Positions 18,003 through 28,237 of a DNA stretch of 64,000 nt are shown here, in pieces. The notes beneath the pieces are model-generated. The model was not told the DNA's origin. It saw only the letters and a program-made list of their open reading frames with translations, and did not search any database. The translations under genes and the position numbers were made by a program. Origin of the DNA: an uncultured Gemmatimonadota bacterium (GTDB taxonomy: Bacteria; Gemmatimonadota; CAZMKB01; CAZNLH01); contig CAZNLH010000002.1 of the NCBI GenBank assembly GCA_964573995.1, positions 25,060-89,059 on the forward strand, given 5' to 3'. Position 1 is the first letter of the stretch. Every line of letters starts with the position of its first letter.

Positions 18003-19352
18003 TTGCAAAATAACTTCTGGGACACCACGCTAGGGTCGATTGCCTGGGAGGAGCGGTTGAGTCAGGTATATATCAGGTATTTAAAATCTCACGTGGATCA
18101 AGAGGTCGTTGTCAAGGGATGGCTCTACCACAAGCGATCGATGGGAAAGATTCGCTTCCTCGTTGTTCGTGATGGAACCGGCCTGGTTCAGGCGGTGATG
18201 GTGAAGGGTGAGGTGCCGGAGGACGTATTCGATGCTTACAATGAGATAGGTCAGGAGTCTTCAATCGTGGTGAGGGGTAGGGTACGTGAAGACAGGCGGG
18301 CCCCGGGTGGTGTCGAACTTCAAGTCTCTGACTTGACCGTTGTCCAGGCGTGCGAGGACTACCCGATCACCCCGAAGAGTCATGGCACGACTTTTCTCCT
18401 CGATCACCGGCACCTTTGGCTTCGTTCAAGGAGGCAGCAGTCGATACTGAGGATCAGGGACGAGGTCGTGCGGGCGATCAGGGAGTTCTTTTACGAGAGA
18501 GATTTCATCTTGATAGATACCCCCATACTGACGGGCGCCATAGGAGAGACTGCTACCACGCTCTTCGAAACCGAGTATTTCCATGAGGGGAAGGCCTACC
18601 TGGCACAGACAGGTCAACTCTATTTAGAGGCGGCCGCGGCGGCGTTCAGTAAGGTATACTGCTTCGGGCCGACGTTCCGGGCGGAGAAATCAAAGACGCG
18701 GCGTCACCTTACTGAGTTCTGGATGGTGGAGGCCGAGGTTGCCTTCCTCGAATCCGATGGCAATATGGACCTGCAGGAGGAACTTGTCTGTGCCGTTATC
18801 GAGCGGGTGCTGGAGAGAAAGAAGAAAGAACTCGATGAGCTGGAAAGAGACATATCACCGCTGGAGAAGGTCAAGACACCATTTCCCAGGATAACCTATG
18901 ATGATGCGCTTGAGATCCTCTCCGAACACGGGATGCCGAGACAGTGGGGGGCGGATTTCGGGGGTGACGAAGAGACCGTACTGAGCAGCCAATATGATCG
19001 GCCGGTCTTTATCTGCAATTATCCGCGCGAGGTCAAGGCCTTCTATATGCCTCCTTCACCGGACCGGCTTGATGTCGTCCTGTGCGATGACCTTCTTGCC
19101 CCCGAGGGATATGGAGAGATCATAGGCGGTTCTCAACGCATCGATGACCTGGATACGCTGATGGAGAGGATCAGGGAGAAGGGCTTGCCGCAGGACACCT
19201 ATGACTGGTACATCGATATACGAAAATACGGGACCTTCCCGCATTCCGGTTTCGGCCTGGGGCTCGAGAGGTTGATCGGCTGGATATGCGGCCTGAGCCA
19301 CCTGAGAGAGACCATTCCCTTCCCGCGCACCATCAATCGCCTGAAGCCGTGA
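18003..19352 (+). CDS. asnS: asparagine--tRNA ligase
   Basis: N-terminal OB-fold anticodon-binding domain and class II aaRS motifs (FRAE motif 2; motif 3 GSQR and FPHSGFGLGLERL). Confidence 0.85.
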   Translation: MQNNFWDTTLGSIAWEERLSQVYIRYLKSHVDQEVVVKGWLYHKRSMGKIRFLVVRDGTGLVQAVMVKGEVPEDVFDAYNEIGQESSIVVRGRVREDRRAPGGVELQVSDLTVVQACEDYPITPKSHGTTFLLDHRHLWLRSRRQQSILRIRDEVVRAIREFFYERDFILIDTPILTGAIGETATTLFETEYFHEGKAYLAQTGQLYLEAAAAAFSKVYCFGPTFRAEKSKTRRHLTEFWMVEAEVAFLESDGNMDLQEELVCAVIERVLERKKKELDELERDISPLEKVKTPFPRITYDDALEILSEHGMPRQWGADFGGDEETVLSSQYDRPVFICNYPREVKAFYMPPSPDRLDVVLCDDLLAPEGYGEIIGGSQRIDDLDTLMERIREKGLPQDTYDWYIDIRKYGTFPHSGFGLGLERLIGWICGLSHLRETIPFPRTINRLKP

Positions 19353-19509
19353 CTGCTTTCTGCAACGATTCCCTGACAGCTCGTTCCGTCTGCCGGTGAT
19401 GGATTGTACCCGCAGAGCCGTTCACTAGTGTCTCTCTGCCAAAGTCCGCGTTAGGTTTTATCTCATGGGCGAGACACTTCCATGGGGGCGTGATGCCCCT
19501 CTGGTGGTC

Positions 19510-19644
19510 GGGAAGTTCCGCCGGAACTTCCCTCCCTGTCACCTCTTAAGATACTTCCGCGGCCCCCTAAATCGCCCGCGGAGTGCTCAGTTCTCAAGGT
19601 CGCCACAAGTAACGGGAACTTACGCAACTGAGCACTAGTGCTCC
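19510..19644. repeat. intergenic repeat element, copy 2 of 2 (GGGAAGTTCCGCCGGAACTTCCC hairpin ... CGGAGTGCTCAGT ... AACTTACGCAACTGAGCACT)
   Basis: Homologous over about 130 nt to 8195-8325. The CGGAGTGCTCAGT arm pairs with ACTGAGCACT about 40 nt downstream, and there is a perfect palindrome GAGCACTAGTGCTC. The element overlaps the last codons and stop of the minus-strand DUF72 gene. Confidence 0.5.
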
Positions 19645-20417
19645 CCCCGGAGGATGTCCTTCATTCGCCTCGCGTTGATGATTGCCTTTCCGCCGCGGTG
19701 ATTGTTGAACATGACGTGGATGTCCCTCGCCTTTGCCGCCATCTCGAGGATCTTGTCGCGCCAGTCCGCCAGTTCTTCATCTGAATAGAGGTAATCGTAC
19801 CGTTCGGACGGATCCTGATGCACCCACCACTTGGCAGCGTTTCTGCCGTGTAACCTGACATACCCCACGATGGTGCTGGTAACTATCGCGGATGGTGGGG
19901 GCAATCCCTTGAGCCGCGGCTCGTCAACCGAACAGAAACCAGCGTCGTGTTCACGTAGGAGGTGGAAGACCTCTTCATTGAACCAGTCTCTATTGCGGAA
20001 TTCCAGTATGCTGACGATCCCTCTCGTGGAGGCCAACAACGCCTCCAGGTACTTCACGTTTTTCGAGTTCTTGTGAAATGAGTAGGGGAATTGCAGGAGG
20101 ATCCCGCCAAGTTTTTTAATCATCACAAGCGGGGAGAGTGCGTCGAGGAACCGTCCTAAATGGGATTGAGAGTCATCACCGATTTCGTGGGTGATCCCGC
20201 GGTATGCCTTTATAAAGAAATGGAAGTCATCTGGGGTCTTTTCTCCGAGTCTTTCGAGGAAGGAACTGTTCGGTAGTCGGTAGAAGGTAGTATCCAACTC
20301 GAGGACCGAGAACTCAGATGAATAGTGGCGGAGGAAGTCCCTTTTCACGAGATCCTCGGCGTAGAAGACGCCCCGCCAGTCTTCGTAACTGAAACCGCAT
20401 GTCCCGACATGCACCAT
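19635..20417 (-). CDS. DUF72 family protein (YecE-like)
   Basis: N-terminal VGTCGFSYEDW and the overall pattern of the DUF72 TIM-barrel family. Confidence 0.75.
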   Translation of the reverse strand: MVHVGTCGFSYEDWRGVFYAEDLVKRDFLRHYSSEFSVLELDTTFYRLPNSSFLERLGEKTPDDFHFFIKAYRGITHEIGDDSQSHLGRFLDALSPLVMIKKLGGILLQFPYSFHKNSKNVKYLEALLASTRGIVSILEFRNRDWFNEEVFHLLREHDAGFCSVDEPRLKGLPPPSAIVTSTIVGYVRLHGRNAAKWWVHQDPSERYDYLYSDEELADWRDKILEMAAKARDIHVMFNNHRGGKAIINARRMKDILRGEH

Positions 20418-20528
20418 CGTCCGTCCCTATCCGCCTGAGGATGAATCCCTCCTCTCCCAAGCTGAATTAGAGGTCATTTCTCTCCCCCGTCTTTAACGCT
20501 GTTACGTGTCTTCCTGTTATCTCTTGCT

Positions 20529-21545
20529 CTATTCGCTGTTGGGCGGGTTTCCAATGGTCACGCGCTGGTTTCCTATGTGACCGACGCCCCAGATCATGAA
20601 GTCCCCACCGTAATCCGATCCCGCATTCCCCCAGACATCGTCGATCCGCGTGAACATCTGGTCCGGGTGGTTGACCTCCGCATCGACCCCCTGTCCCTCG
20701 CAGGTCGGGTAGTCCGTCAACTGGTCGTTGGCGATGTAGAAGGCCGAACTGATCGGTATGCCGGGATAGGCCACGGCGTGGCTCGTCCCGGGGGTCACCT
20801 GCGATACATCGCTGAAGAGGAGTGTACCGGGCAGGCCCCCTGACCCATCGTTGTCGAAGACTTGAAGCAGGATATCCTGGTGGATATCGTCGGGCCAGGG
20901 CCAGCCGGGGTCGCCCTCGGAGAGGATATAAACCCCGATCGAGTCGAGGACGGAACCATCGGGCAGGCAACCACGAATTGCCCAGGCGTTGCAGAGGTGT
21001 GACCAAGCCCAGGCGTTTGCCATTACGCCGTCATCCCAGCGGACCTCGATCTCGTCCCTGCTGTTCAGATCGAACTGGAAGAAATCGGCGAGTTGGCCGT
21101 CGATGAACAACTTGGCCGTGTAGCGGCCATAGACTTCCAGATTCCACGGCACGAGATCGCTGTATTTGCGGTAAGTCTCCTCGCCGCCCTGAAGCACGAT
21201 TTCATTTTGGAAGAGCGACCGCCGCGATCCGTCAGGGAAGTCAAGGCGAATTTGGACATCACCGCTGTCCTCGGCTTCGTCCTCGTTCCAGAGTTTGATG
21301 TTGAAGGTGAGTTGTTCACCGGGGACCACCTCAAAGGGAACCGTCCGTTCGATCGAGCCGCGGATGCTTTGATGGTCCATTGTAAAATTCCCGAGGTCGC
21401 CGGCCGAGTGGCCGCCGGTGAGAGGGACCGCTGACAGGGCAGGGTTGTCTATTTCATTGGCCATAAAAGAGATGGCGGCGGTGGGAGTCAGGATCCATGG
21501 TATTAAGGAGAGAGGAAAAAGGGTGAGCAAGAACCTGGTCGACAT
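20529..21545 (-). CDS. secreted protein of unknown family, paralog A
   Basis: Signal peptide from MSTRFLLTLFPLSLIPWIL. It shares long conserved blocks with 21823-22794 (YGRYTAKLFIDG, FDLNSR-EIEVRWDDGV, WAIRGCLPDG, WPWPD, PTCEGQGVD). The six-frame ORF runs to 21596. Confidence 0.55.
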   Translation of the reverse strand: MSTRFLLTLFPLSLIPWILTPTAAISFMANEIDNPALSAVPLTGGHSAGDLGNFTMDHQSIRGSIERTVPFEVVPGEQLTFNIKLWNEDEAEDSGDVQIRLDFPDGSRRSLFQNEIVLQGGEETYRKYSDLVPWNLEVYGRYTAKLFIDGQLADFFQFDLNSRDEIEVRWDDGVMANAWAWSHLCNAWAIRGCLPDGSVLDSIGVYILSEGDPGWPWPDDIHQDILLQVFDNDGSGGLPGTLLFSDVSQVTPGTSHAVAYPGIPISSAFYIANDQLTDYPTCEGQGVDAEVNHPDQMFTRIDDVWGNAGSDYGGDFMIWGVGHIGNQRVTIGNPPNSE

Positions 21546-21704
21546 GGCGTTCTCCTTTTTACAGGCTTGCACCTGAAGGGGTGTGAAGGACAGCAAAGAA
21601 ATTATAGATGAAATATCATGTTATTTAAATAATACAACTATCTGTAACTTCACGCAAGGGAAAATTATTGCCGTACAGCAAAGCCCGGATTTTACGGTAT
21701 GAGC

Positions 21705-21749
21705 GCCAAAAAGAAAGATGGTGGGAGAACATCCTGTTATCCCACCATC
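21705..21749 (-). terminator. rho-independent terminator downstream of paralog B
   Basis: A 9-bp stem (GATGGTGGG / CCCACCATC) with a 15-nt loop, followed on the minus strand by TCTTTCTTTTT. Confidence 0.5.
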
Positions 21750-21822
21750 TTTTCTCCTGCTTGTCGCGAGAACCCTGCTCAACATGTTTGGTGGAGCAAG
21801 ATTCTCAAGCCTTGTATTGTGG

Positions 21823-22794
21823 TTACTGCTGAGCAGGCGGATTTCCGACTGTGACGTTCTGCCCTGCAACGGAAGCAATGGCCCAGATCATCAGGTCTCC
21901 TGAGATCGATGAATAAGGTTGCCATGCGCCGCTGATCTCGGCCCACATCTGGTCGTAGTGGTTCAAGGCACCATCGACGCCCTGTCCCTCGCATGTCGGA
22001 TATGGATCCAACTGGTTGTTGGCCACGAAGAAGGCAGATGTGGTGATCGGTACGCTCACGGTCGCAATCGCATCTCCACTTGCACCGCCGTTGGCGATGT
22101 TATCGGAGAGCAGTGTACCAGGGTATCCACCACCGCCCGTGTTGTCATAGAGTTGGACACCGATGTCCTGGTGGACGGCGTCCGGCCACGGCCAGTAAGG
22201 ATCGTTCTCAGAAAGGACATGAACGCCTATCTCGTTGACTACGGCCCCGTCTGGCAGGCAGCCACGGATCGCCCACTTGTTGCCGGCGTCGTACCAGGCG
22301 TAAGCATTTACCAGTACTCCATCGTCCCAACGGACCTCGATATCCGTCCGGCTGTTCAGGTCGAACTGGCAAAAACTGGCCAGGACCCCATCGATGAAGA
22401 GTTTCAGGGTGTAACGTCCATAGAGTTGGAGATTGTCGGGGACATATTCAGAGTAAGGGTACGTGATACTCTGCAGGCCCTCGAGCGTTACGTTCTCTTC
22501 CATCATGGGAACCTGTGCACCGTTAGGGCAGTCGAGGCGCAAGAGGACGTCGGCACTGTTCTGCTCCTGATCGGTGTTCGTCAGGGTGATGTCCGCGGTG
22601 AAATTCTCACCCGGGATGATCTCGAACTCGATCGTACGTTCAATGTGTCCCTTGATCGGACCCTGAATTGTGACTTCACCATAGTTGACCTGATTTCCTA
22701 TGGGCAGGTTTGCAGCTGAGGCTGTTGTGGCGTAAAGCTGGACGTTCACCAGGAAAAACGCCGCGGCAGCAACAGCAAAGACCTTCCTTGTCAT
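21823..22794 (-). CDS. secreted protein of unknown family, paralog B
   Basis: Sec signal peptide (AVAAAAFFLVNVQLYATTASA). It is collinear with 20529-21545 over its whole length; by eye roughly 45-50% identity. Confidence 0.55.
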   Translation of the reverse strand: MTRKVFAVAAAAFFLVNVQLYATTASAANLPIGNQVNYGEVTIQGPIKGHIERTIEFEIIPGENFTADITLTNTDQEQNSADVLLRLDCPNGAQVPMMEENVTLEGLQSITYPYSEYVPDNLQLYGRYTLKLFIDGVLASFCQFDLNSRTDIEVRWDDGVLVNAYAWYDAGNKWAIRGCLPDGAVVNEIGVHVLSENDPYWPWPDAVHQDIGVQLYDNTGGGGYPGTLLSDNIANGGASGDAIATVSVPITTSAFFVANNQLDPYPTCEGQGVDGALNHYDQMWAEISGAWQPYSSISGDLMIWAIASVAGQNVTVGNPPAQQ

Positions 22795-23259
22795 GACACC
22801 TCCTTGGTTGTTAGGATTTCTCCTTGGAAGATGACGGAAAAGTGCTATGAAGGACCCGTAAGGACCTTCACAAGAAAATCAGTCCCTTCAACCTCCTTTC
22901 CATAGTGTAACTCGAAATGGACTTTCTTTGTGCTTGAATATCCATTGGCGATGCACACGTTATCCTTTTGCCTGTAACAAGGCGTTTACCTCTAATGTCA
23001 CACTCTATCATATCTGTGGGGGGGCGTCTGTAAGGCTGCTTACAGTTATTGCCCTTTTTTCTCTTTCGACCTTGAATCATGACTTAATCGGACAAGGTTG
23101 ATTCTTGGAGAAAAACAAGGCAATCTCCCATTAATGATTTATCTTGACCATTGTTCTGGATGAATTAAACTATAATTAAGGACCTCGTCCGGGAAAACGG
23201 CATTTTCTTTCAGTAGTTGATATGATTACAGTCAAAGCGATGGGGAGGTGAGACAGGTT

Positions 23260-23598
23260 ATGAAGGATCTCGGGACTATGGTTCGGAACTCACTCTATTT
23301 CGGGATTGGAGCCATATCGCTGACGCGTGAGAGAGTGGAAGAACTTGTCGGCGATCTTATCAAGAAGGGCGAGATGAGCAGCAAGGAGGGGAAACGATTT
23401 TCGGAGGAAGTAACCGATTCAATCGACAGGGCAAGGAAGGAGATCGATGAGAGGGTAAGGAGGAGGACGAGGAAAGCGGCCGAGGCCTTGAATCTTGTCA
23501 CTCGGGATGAATTGGTAAAGATCGACAGGAAAGTTTCGAGGCTAAGGAGCGACCTCAGGAAACTGTCGAAAGAAATCGCTGAGGGCAAGGGACATTGA
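23260..23598 (+). CDS. phasin-like coiled-coil protein
   Basis: A GIGAISLTRERVEELVGDLIKKGE N-terminus and a charged coiled-coil C-terminus resemble the phasin family. A GGGGAGGTG ribosome-binding site lies 9 nt before the ATG at 23260. Confidence 0.4.
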   Translation: MKDLGTMVRNSLYFGIGAISLTRERVEELVGDLIKKGEMSSKEGKRFSEEVTDSIDRARKEIDERVRRRTRKAAEALNLVTRDELVKIDRKVSRLRSDLRKLSKEIAEGKGH

Positions 23599-23611
23599 TA
23601 TTAATCGATGG

Positions 23612-24445
23612 ATGAACTTCGATTCTGAGACAATCGAAGTTCGGGAAAACGGGGTCGCATTCCTGTCCTACGGGCCATGGAGGACCAGCCTGCTACAGGG
23701 AGTTACACTGAGATCCCTCCGGGGTCGCGCCGGGAGACCGTTCGATATGAATCGGCAATCTGCCCATTCAAGGAATGGGCCGGCCGAGAACTGGAAGACC
23801 TTTGCAGGTTCAATTGCCGGGGGAAGATATCTAGTAGTTGGTATGGAGCAGGTGCATAGCAACGTTATAAGGAGCGTATCGCCTTCTGCAGAGAACTGCC
23901 GCTGCCATGATATCAGGATCATGACAGCGGCATGCGACGGCCTGGTCACCAATAGGGAGGATGTCTTGTTGACGGCTACCGTGGCCGATTGTGTCCCTGT
24001 ATTCATGCACGACCGGAGGCTTGATGTAATAGGACTTATTCATGCAGGATGGCGTGGCACATGCGGATCTATAATCGTTGCGGGCATCGACCTGATGGTC
24101 GAAGAATATGGTTCGGACGTCGAGGATGTACATGTACACCTTGGGCCCTCCATAGAGGGTGCTTGTTATCCTGTAGGTAAAGAGGTGTTTGACCGTTTTA
24201 CGAGGTGGATTTCACCCGAGGGTATGCAGAGTGGAAAATGGAGGGTGGACCTTAGGGGGGTCAATGCACGCCAGGCCATGGATAGGGGAGTTCCACTTCG
24301 GAATATCTCGATAAGCATCTATTGTACTTATTGCTCTACCGATTTGTTTTATTCACATCGGAGGTCTGTGGAGGAGGTAGGTCAACGGCGGATATCTGGC
24401 CGGATGGTGGCGTTCCTGGGGCTGAGAAAGCAGATTTCTCCTTGA
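23612..24445 (+). CDS. pgeF: YfiH/PgeF family (Cu-oxidase_4 / laccase-domain) protein
   Basis: Conserved HAGWRG and DCVPV motifs of the YfiH/PgeF family. Confidence 0.75.
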   Translation: MNFDSETIEVRENGVAFLSYGPWRTSLLQGVTLRSLRGRAGRPFDMNRQSAHSRNGPAENWKTFAGSIAGGRYLVVGMEQVHSNVIRSVSPSAENCRCHDIRIMTAACDGLVTNREDVLLTATVADCVPVFMHDRRLDVIGLIHAGWRGTCGSIIVAGIDLMVEEYGSDVEDVHVHLGPSIEGACYPVGKEVFDRFTRWISPEGMQSGKWRVDLRGVNARQAMDRGVPLRNISISIYCTYCSTDLFYSHRRSVEEVGQRRISGRMVAFLGLRKQISP

Positions 24446-24477
24446 TTTTTAATGGTTGGGGGTATATATTAACAGTC

Positions 24478-24508
24478 GAGTGGGAAGGCCCCCACTCTTT
24501 ATTTTTGT
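24478..24508 (+). terminator. rho-independent terminator after pgeF
   Basis: GAGTGGG-aaggcc-CCCACTC stem-loop followed by TTTATTTTTG. Confidence 0.55.
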
Positions 24509-24591
24509 GAAGTATGGTCTATAGCGTATGAAATGGTCAGAAAATAGGCGAACAATCACATTCGGATTCAGTTCCGGGAGATCCGCGTGTC

Positions 24592-25932
24592 ATGAGCTTT
24601 GAGATTATTGAAGCCCTGGGGAGGATTACCAGGGAGAAGAGCATCGAAAAAGAAGAACTCATCGGTATGATCGAAGCAGGGGTCCTGGCCGCGGCCCGGA
24701 AGAAGTTCGGCACCACGGACAACATCAGCGTCCGGGTGAACGCAGACAAGGGGAGCATCTCGGTCGTCATAGAAAAGGAAGTAGTCAGAGAGGTCGTGGA
24801 TCGCAAGGTTGAGATCAGCCTCGAGGAGGCCAGGCAATACGATCCGGAAGCGGCCTTGGACGAGCGGGTGGGCATCCCGGTGGATTTTACAGAATTCGGC
24901 AGAACGGCTGTCCAGGCGGCGAAGCAGGTCGTTATCCAGAAGGTAAGGGAAGCGGAGAGGGAAAAAATCCACGAGGAGTACACCAAGAGGATAGGCGAAA
25001 TCATCCATGGAACGGTTCAACAGATCGAGCGGGGAAATTACATAGTATACATCAGCAAACAGATCGAGGCCATCATCCCCTTGCGTGAGCAGAACAGGAA
25101 GGAGCGGTTCAGCCAGGGCGATCCCATCATGGGTTGTCTGATCGAGGTGAATGATACCTCGAGGGGGCCACAACTCATTCTTTCCAGGACGCATGCGTTG
25201 TTTCTCAACTCGTTGTTTCAGAAGGAAGTCCCCGAAATTGCCCAGGAACTCGTGGAAATAAAGGAAATTGCGCGGGAACCGGGATCGAGGTCAAAGGTTG
25301 CGGTAGTCTCCCATGATCGGAGTGTGGATCCGGTAGGTGCATGCGTAGGACTGAAGGGCTCGAGGGTACAGAGTATCGTCAAGGAGATTGGAGGGGAGCG
25401 TATTGATATCGTCCCGTGGAGCGAGGATCCGGACGAATTCGTCAGAAAGGCCCTCAGCCCCGCTGTTGTCTTGAAGACCGTAGCGGATCGGCAGGCCAAT
25501 AGCATGACCGTTGTAGTCTCCGACGATCAACTCTCGCTGGCAATCGGGAAATCCGGGCAGAACGTTCGGCTGGCGTCCAAGTTGACGGGATGGCAGATCG
25601 ATCTCATGACACGTAAGGAGTTTGACGGGAGGAAGAGAGCGGCTGAAGGGGAGAGGGTGATGGTTGATCTCTCGGAATATGATCTTTCCAGGATACCCGG
25701 AATCGGGAAAAAGACGGCCCAGAGGCTCGGAGAGGCCGGATACAAATCCCTGGGTGACCTGATAGATGTGGAAGAGGCCGACCTGCTGAAGGTCAGTGGA
25801 ATCGGCGAGAAGACCGCAAAGAAGTTGAAGGCGATTGCTGATGGTATCGACTCCGGCCTGTTTTACGAGGAAACTGAACTGGTTGCTGAAACTGGTCAAG
25901 ACAGGTCGGACGATGCGGATGGCCCCATATAA
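24592..25932 (+). CDS. nusA: transcription termination/antitermination factor NusA
   Basis: NusA N-terminal domain, S1 and KH domains (GACVGLKGSRVQSIVKEIGGERIDIV), and a C-terminal helix-hairpin-helix acidic repeat. Confidence 0.9.
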   Translation: MSFEIIEALGRITREKSIEKEELIGMIEAGVLAAARKKFGTTDNISVRVNADKGSISVVIEKEVVREVVDRKVEISLEEARQYDPEAALDERVGIPVDFTEFGRTAVQAAKQVVIQKVREAEREKIHEEYTKRIGEIIHGTVQQIERGNYIVYISKQIEAIIPLREQNRKERFSQGDPIMGCLIEVNDTSRGPQLILSRTHALFLNSLFQKEVPEIAQELVEIKEIAREPGSRSKVAVVSHDRSVDPVGACVGLKGSRVQSIVKEIGGERIDIVPWSEDPDEFVRKALSPAVVLKTVADRQANSMTVVVSDDQLSLAIGKSGQNVRLASKLTGWQIDLMTRKEFDGRKRAAEGERVMVDLSEYDLSRIPGIGKKTAQRLGEAGYKSLGDLIDVEEADLLKVSGIGEKTAKKLKAIADGIDSGLFYEETELVAETGQDRSDDADGPI

Positions 25933-25997
25933 TACAAAGAGGGAGAGCATCAGCCTGCCTGGCAGGTTCTTACAAAGGCAAGTTGGGGGCAATTTAA

Positions 25998-28226
25998 TTG
26001 GCCAGATATCGAGTATATGAGATTGCGAGGGAGTTCGATCTATCCAGCGAGGCCCTCGTTAAGATTCTTCTCGAAATAGGCATCGACGTAAAGAGCCATA
26101 TGAGCAGTATAGACGAGGCCGCGGTGGAGAAGATACGGGAGAAGTTCACCCTCGAAAAGGAAGTAATGAAGGAGAGAGACGAGCAAAAGAGGGCACTGGC
26201 TGAGGAGAGAAAAAAGAGCAGCAGGAAGGGCCGAGGGGCTGTAAAGGAGCAGCCCGTTGCCTCTAAGCCCACATCATCGAAGGGAGTGAACGTCAAGAAG
26301 TCCGTGCCCCCGCCCAAGGCAAAGAGGGGAAGGGGAGCCTCAAAGAAGCGACACAGGAAGGTCAACCAGAGGGAGATCGAAGAGAATATTAAGCGGACCC
26401 TTTCATTGATAACCGGTAAGCAGAGGAGAAGGAAAAAGAAGAAAGAGGTGCCGGCCGAATCGACCGCTCCTGAGGGGGAGGCGAACCTGGTAAAGGTAAG
26501 TGAATTCATCTCGGTCGCTGAACTCTCGAACATCATAGATGTTTCTCCTTCCACCATAATCTCGACTTGCATGGAAGTGGGCTTGATGGTTACGATCAAC
26601 CAGAGGCTTGACTTCGACACCATTTCCCTTGTATGCGGGGAATTCGGTTATAAGGCGGAGCCCCTGGAAGAGTATGGGATGGAGGAGATAGAGCATGAAG
26701 AAGTTATGGTGGAAGACCTGCGGCCTCGTCCGCCGATTGTTACTGTGATGGGACATGTTGATCACGGAAAGACTTCGCTCCTCGACTATATCCGGAAGAC
26801 GAACGTAATTGCGGGAGAGAGGGGAGGTATCACGCAACACATCGGCGCCTATCTGGTCAATCTTCCTCAGGGAACCGTAACTTTCCTCGACACGCCCGGC
26901 CACGAGGCCTTCACTGCCATGCGGGCGCGTGGGGCGAAGGTCACAGACGTTGTTGTCCTCGTGATCGCGGCGGATGACAGGGTTATGCCCCAGACCATCG
27001 AGGCCATAGATCATGCGAAGGCGGCGGCGGTGCCGATGATCGTCGCCATTAACAAGATTGATCTGCCTGCTGCCAATCCCGACAGGGTAAAACAGGACTT
27101 GATGAATTATGGAATAGTGGTCGAAGAATACGGGGGTGAGATCCTCTGCGCCGAGGTCTCTGCTAAGAAAGGGACTGGAATAGAGCACCTGTTGGAACTT
27201 GTCCTTCTTCAGGCGGAGATGCTCGAGTTAAAGGCAAGCCCCAAAGGTGACGCCCGGGGGGTTGTTATTGAATCCCGGCTCGATAAAGGGATGGGGCCTG
27301 TTGCTACCGTCTTGATTACAAGGGGGATATTGCACCCGGGTGACAACTTCATCTGCGGCCTCTTTTCCGGGAAGGTCCGGGCAATTCTGAACGAAAGGGG
27401 TAGCCACATTGAATATGCCGGTCCGGCCAGGCCGGTTCAGGTCCTTGGCTTCAGCGGCGTGTGCCAGGCGGGAGATAACTTTTACGTTATGAAGGACGAA
27501 CGGGGAACGAGGGCGATCAGCAGCGTTCGCCAGCGCCTCAAGAGGGAACATGGCTTTAGGCGGAAGAGAACCACCCTGGAGGATATATACAACCAGGTCA
27601 AACGCGGGGAGTTGAAGAGCCTGCGTCTTGTTATCAAAGCGGATGTCGACGGCTCGGTCGAGGCCCTGACCGATTCTCTCCAGAAGATAAGCACCGACGA
27701 GGTTGCCGTAGATATTATTCACAGGGGTGTCGGGTCGATATCCGAGACTGACATCCTCCTGGCTGCGGCCTCTGATGCAGTAGTGATCGGGTTTCACGTC
27801 AAGCCGGACGCCGGTGCCAGGGCTGCCATTGCGCGGGAAAAGGTGGATGTCCGGTTGTATCAGGTCATCTATGAGGTGGTCTCCAACATAAGAGCCGCCA
27901 TGGAAGGCATGCTCACGCCTGCCAAGAGGGAGATCCACATCGGGATGGCCCAGGTCAAGGAGGTCTTCAGTATTCCGAGAATAGGAACCATAGCGGGTTG
28001 CCTCGTTGATGACGGGCTGGTGAAGCGTGACGCAAAGGTCCGCGTCAGTCGCTCCGATGAAGTCGTTTATGAAGGAGAGATAGCGTCATTGAAGCGTTTC
28101 AAGGACGATGTCAGGGAAGTGGCCGGAGGTCTCGAGTGCGGAATCGCGATCGAGGGGTTCAAGGACATACATGTCGGTGATACCCTGGAATTCTTTGTCG
28201 TGGAGGAGATCAAGAGGAAACTGTGA
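25998..28226 (+). CDS. infB: translation initiation factor IF-2
   Basis: IF2_N domain; lysine- and arginine-rich linker; GTPase G1-G4 motifs ([24 protein letters not shown]); C-terminal beta-barrel domains. TTG start at 25998. Confidence 0.9.
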   Translation: MARYRVYEIAREFDLSSEALVKILLEIGIDVKSHMSSIDEAAVEKIREKFTLEKEVMKERDEQKRALAEERKKSSRKGRGAVKEQPVASKPTSSKGVNVKKSVPPPKAKRGRGASKKRHRKVNQREIEENIKRTLSLITGKQRRRKKKKEVPAESTAPEGEANLVKVSEFISVAELSNIIDVSPSTIISTCMEVGLMVTINQRLDFDTISLVCGEFGYKAEPLEEYGMEEIEHEEVMVEDLRPRPPIVTVMGHVDHGKTSLLDYIRKTNVIAGERGGITQHIGAYLVNLPQGTVTFLDTPGHEAFTAMRARGAKVTDVVVLVIAADDRVMPQTIEAIDHAKAAAVPMIVAINKIDLPAANPDRVKQDLMNYGIVVEEYGGEILCAEVSAKKGTGIEHLLELVLLQAEMLELKASPKGDARGVVIESRLDKGMGPVATVLITRGILHPGDNFICGLFSGKVRAILNERGSHIEYAGPARPVQVLGFSGVCQAGDNFYVMKDERGTRAISSVRQRLKREHGFRRKRTTLEDIYNQVKRGELKSLRLVIKADVDGSVEALTDSLQKISTDEVAVDIIHRGVGSISETDILLAAASDAVVIGFHVKPDAGARAAIAREKVDVRLYQVIYEVVSNIRAAMEGMLTPAKREIHIGMAQVKEVFSIPRIGTIAGCLVDDGLVKRDAKVRVSRSDEVVYEGEIASLKRFKDDVREVAGGLECGIAIEGFKDIHVGDTLEFFVVEEIKRKL

Positions 28227-28237
28227 ACCGGTAAAGG

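Noticed and set aside
21919-22719. A 266-aa plus-strand ORF overlapping secreted paralog B. A similar case is 20467-21006 on the minus strand, in another frame of paralog A.
   Set aside because: The paralog reading frames are supported by signal peptides and by conservation between the two copies. The overlapping ORFs are not conserved between the paralogous loci.
22795-23259. A roughly 460-bp AT-rich intergenic region, checked for a tRNA, small RNA or mobile-element remnant. It includes the 70-aa ORF 22868-23080 and an AGGACC direct repeat.
   Set aside because: There is no tRNA-like cloverleaf, no terminal inverted repeats, and no similarity to the other intergenic repeat. It is most likely the promoter region shared by the secreted paralog B and the phasin-like gene.
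26403-27188. A 261-aa minus-strand ORF antisense to infB. Similar long antisense ORFs include 31575-32426 in pnp, 30200-30964 in ribF, 36629-37456 in mreB, 39659-40363 in mrdA, 24568-25194 in nusA, 9493-10218 in the asparaginase gene, 12027-12611 in the Omp85-fusion gene, 53137-53709 in tolB and 62776-63597 in the PorV-like gene.
   Set aside because: All lie entirely inside well-supported genes on the opposite strand. They have Arg/Pro/Gly-rich low-complexity translations typical of GC-rich shadow frames, and none shows a recognisable motif.
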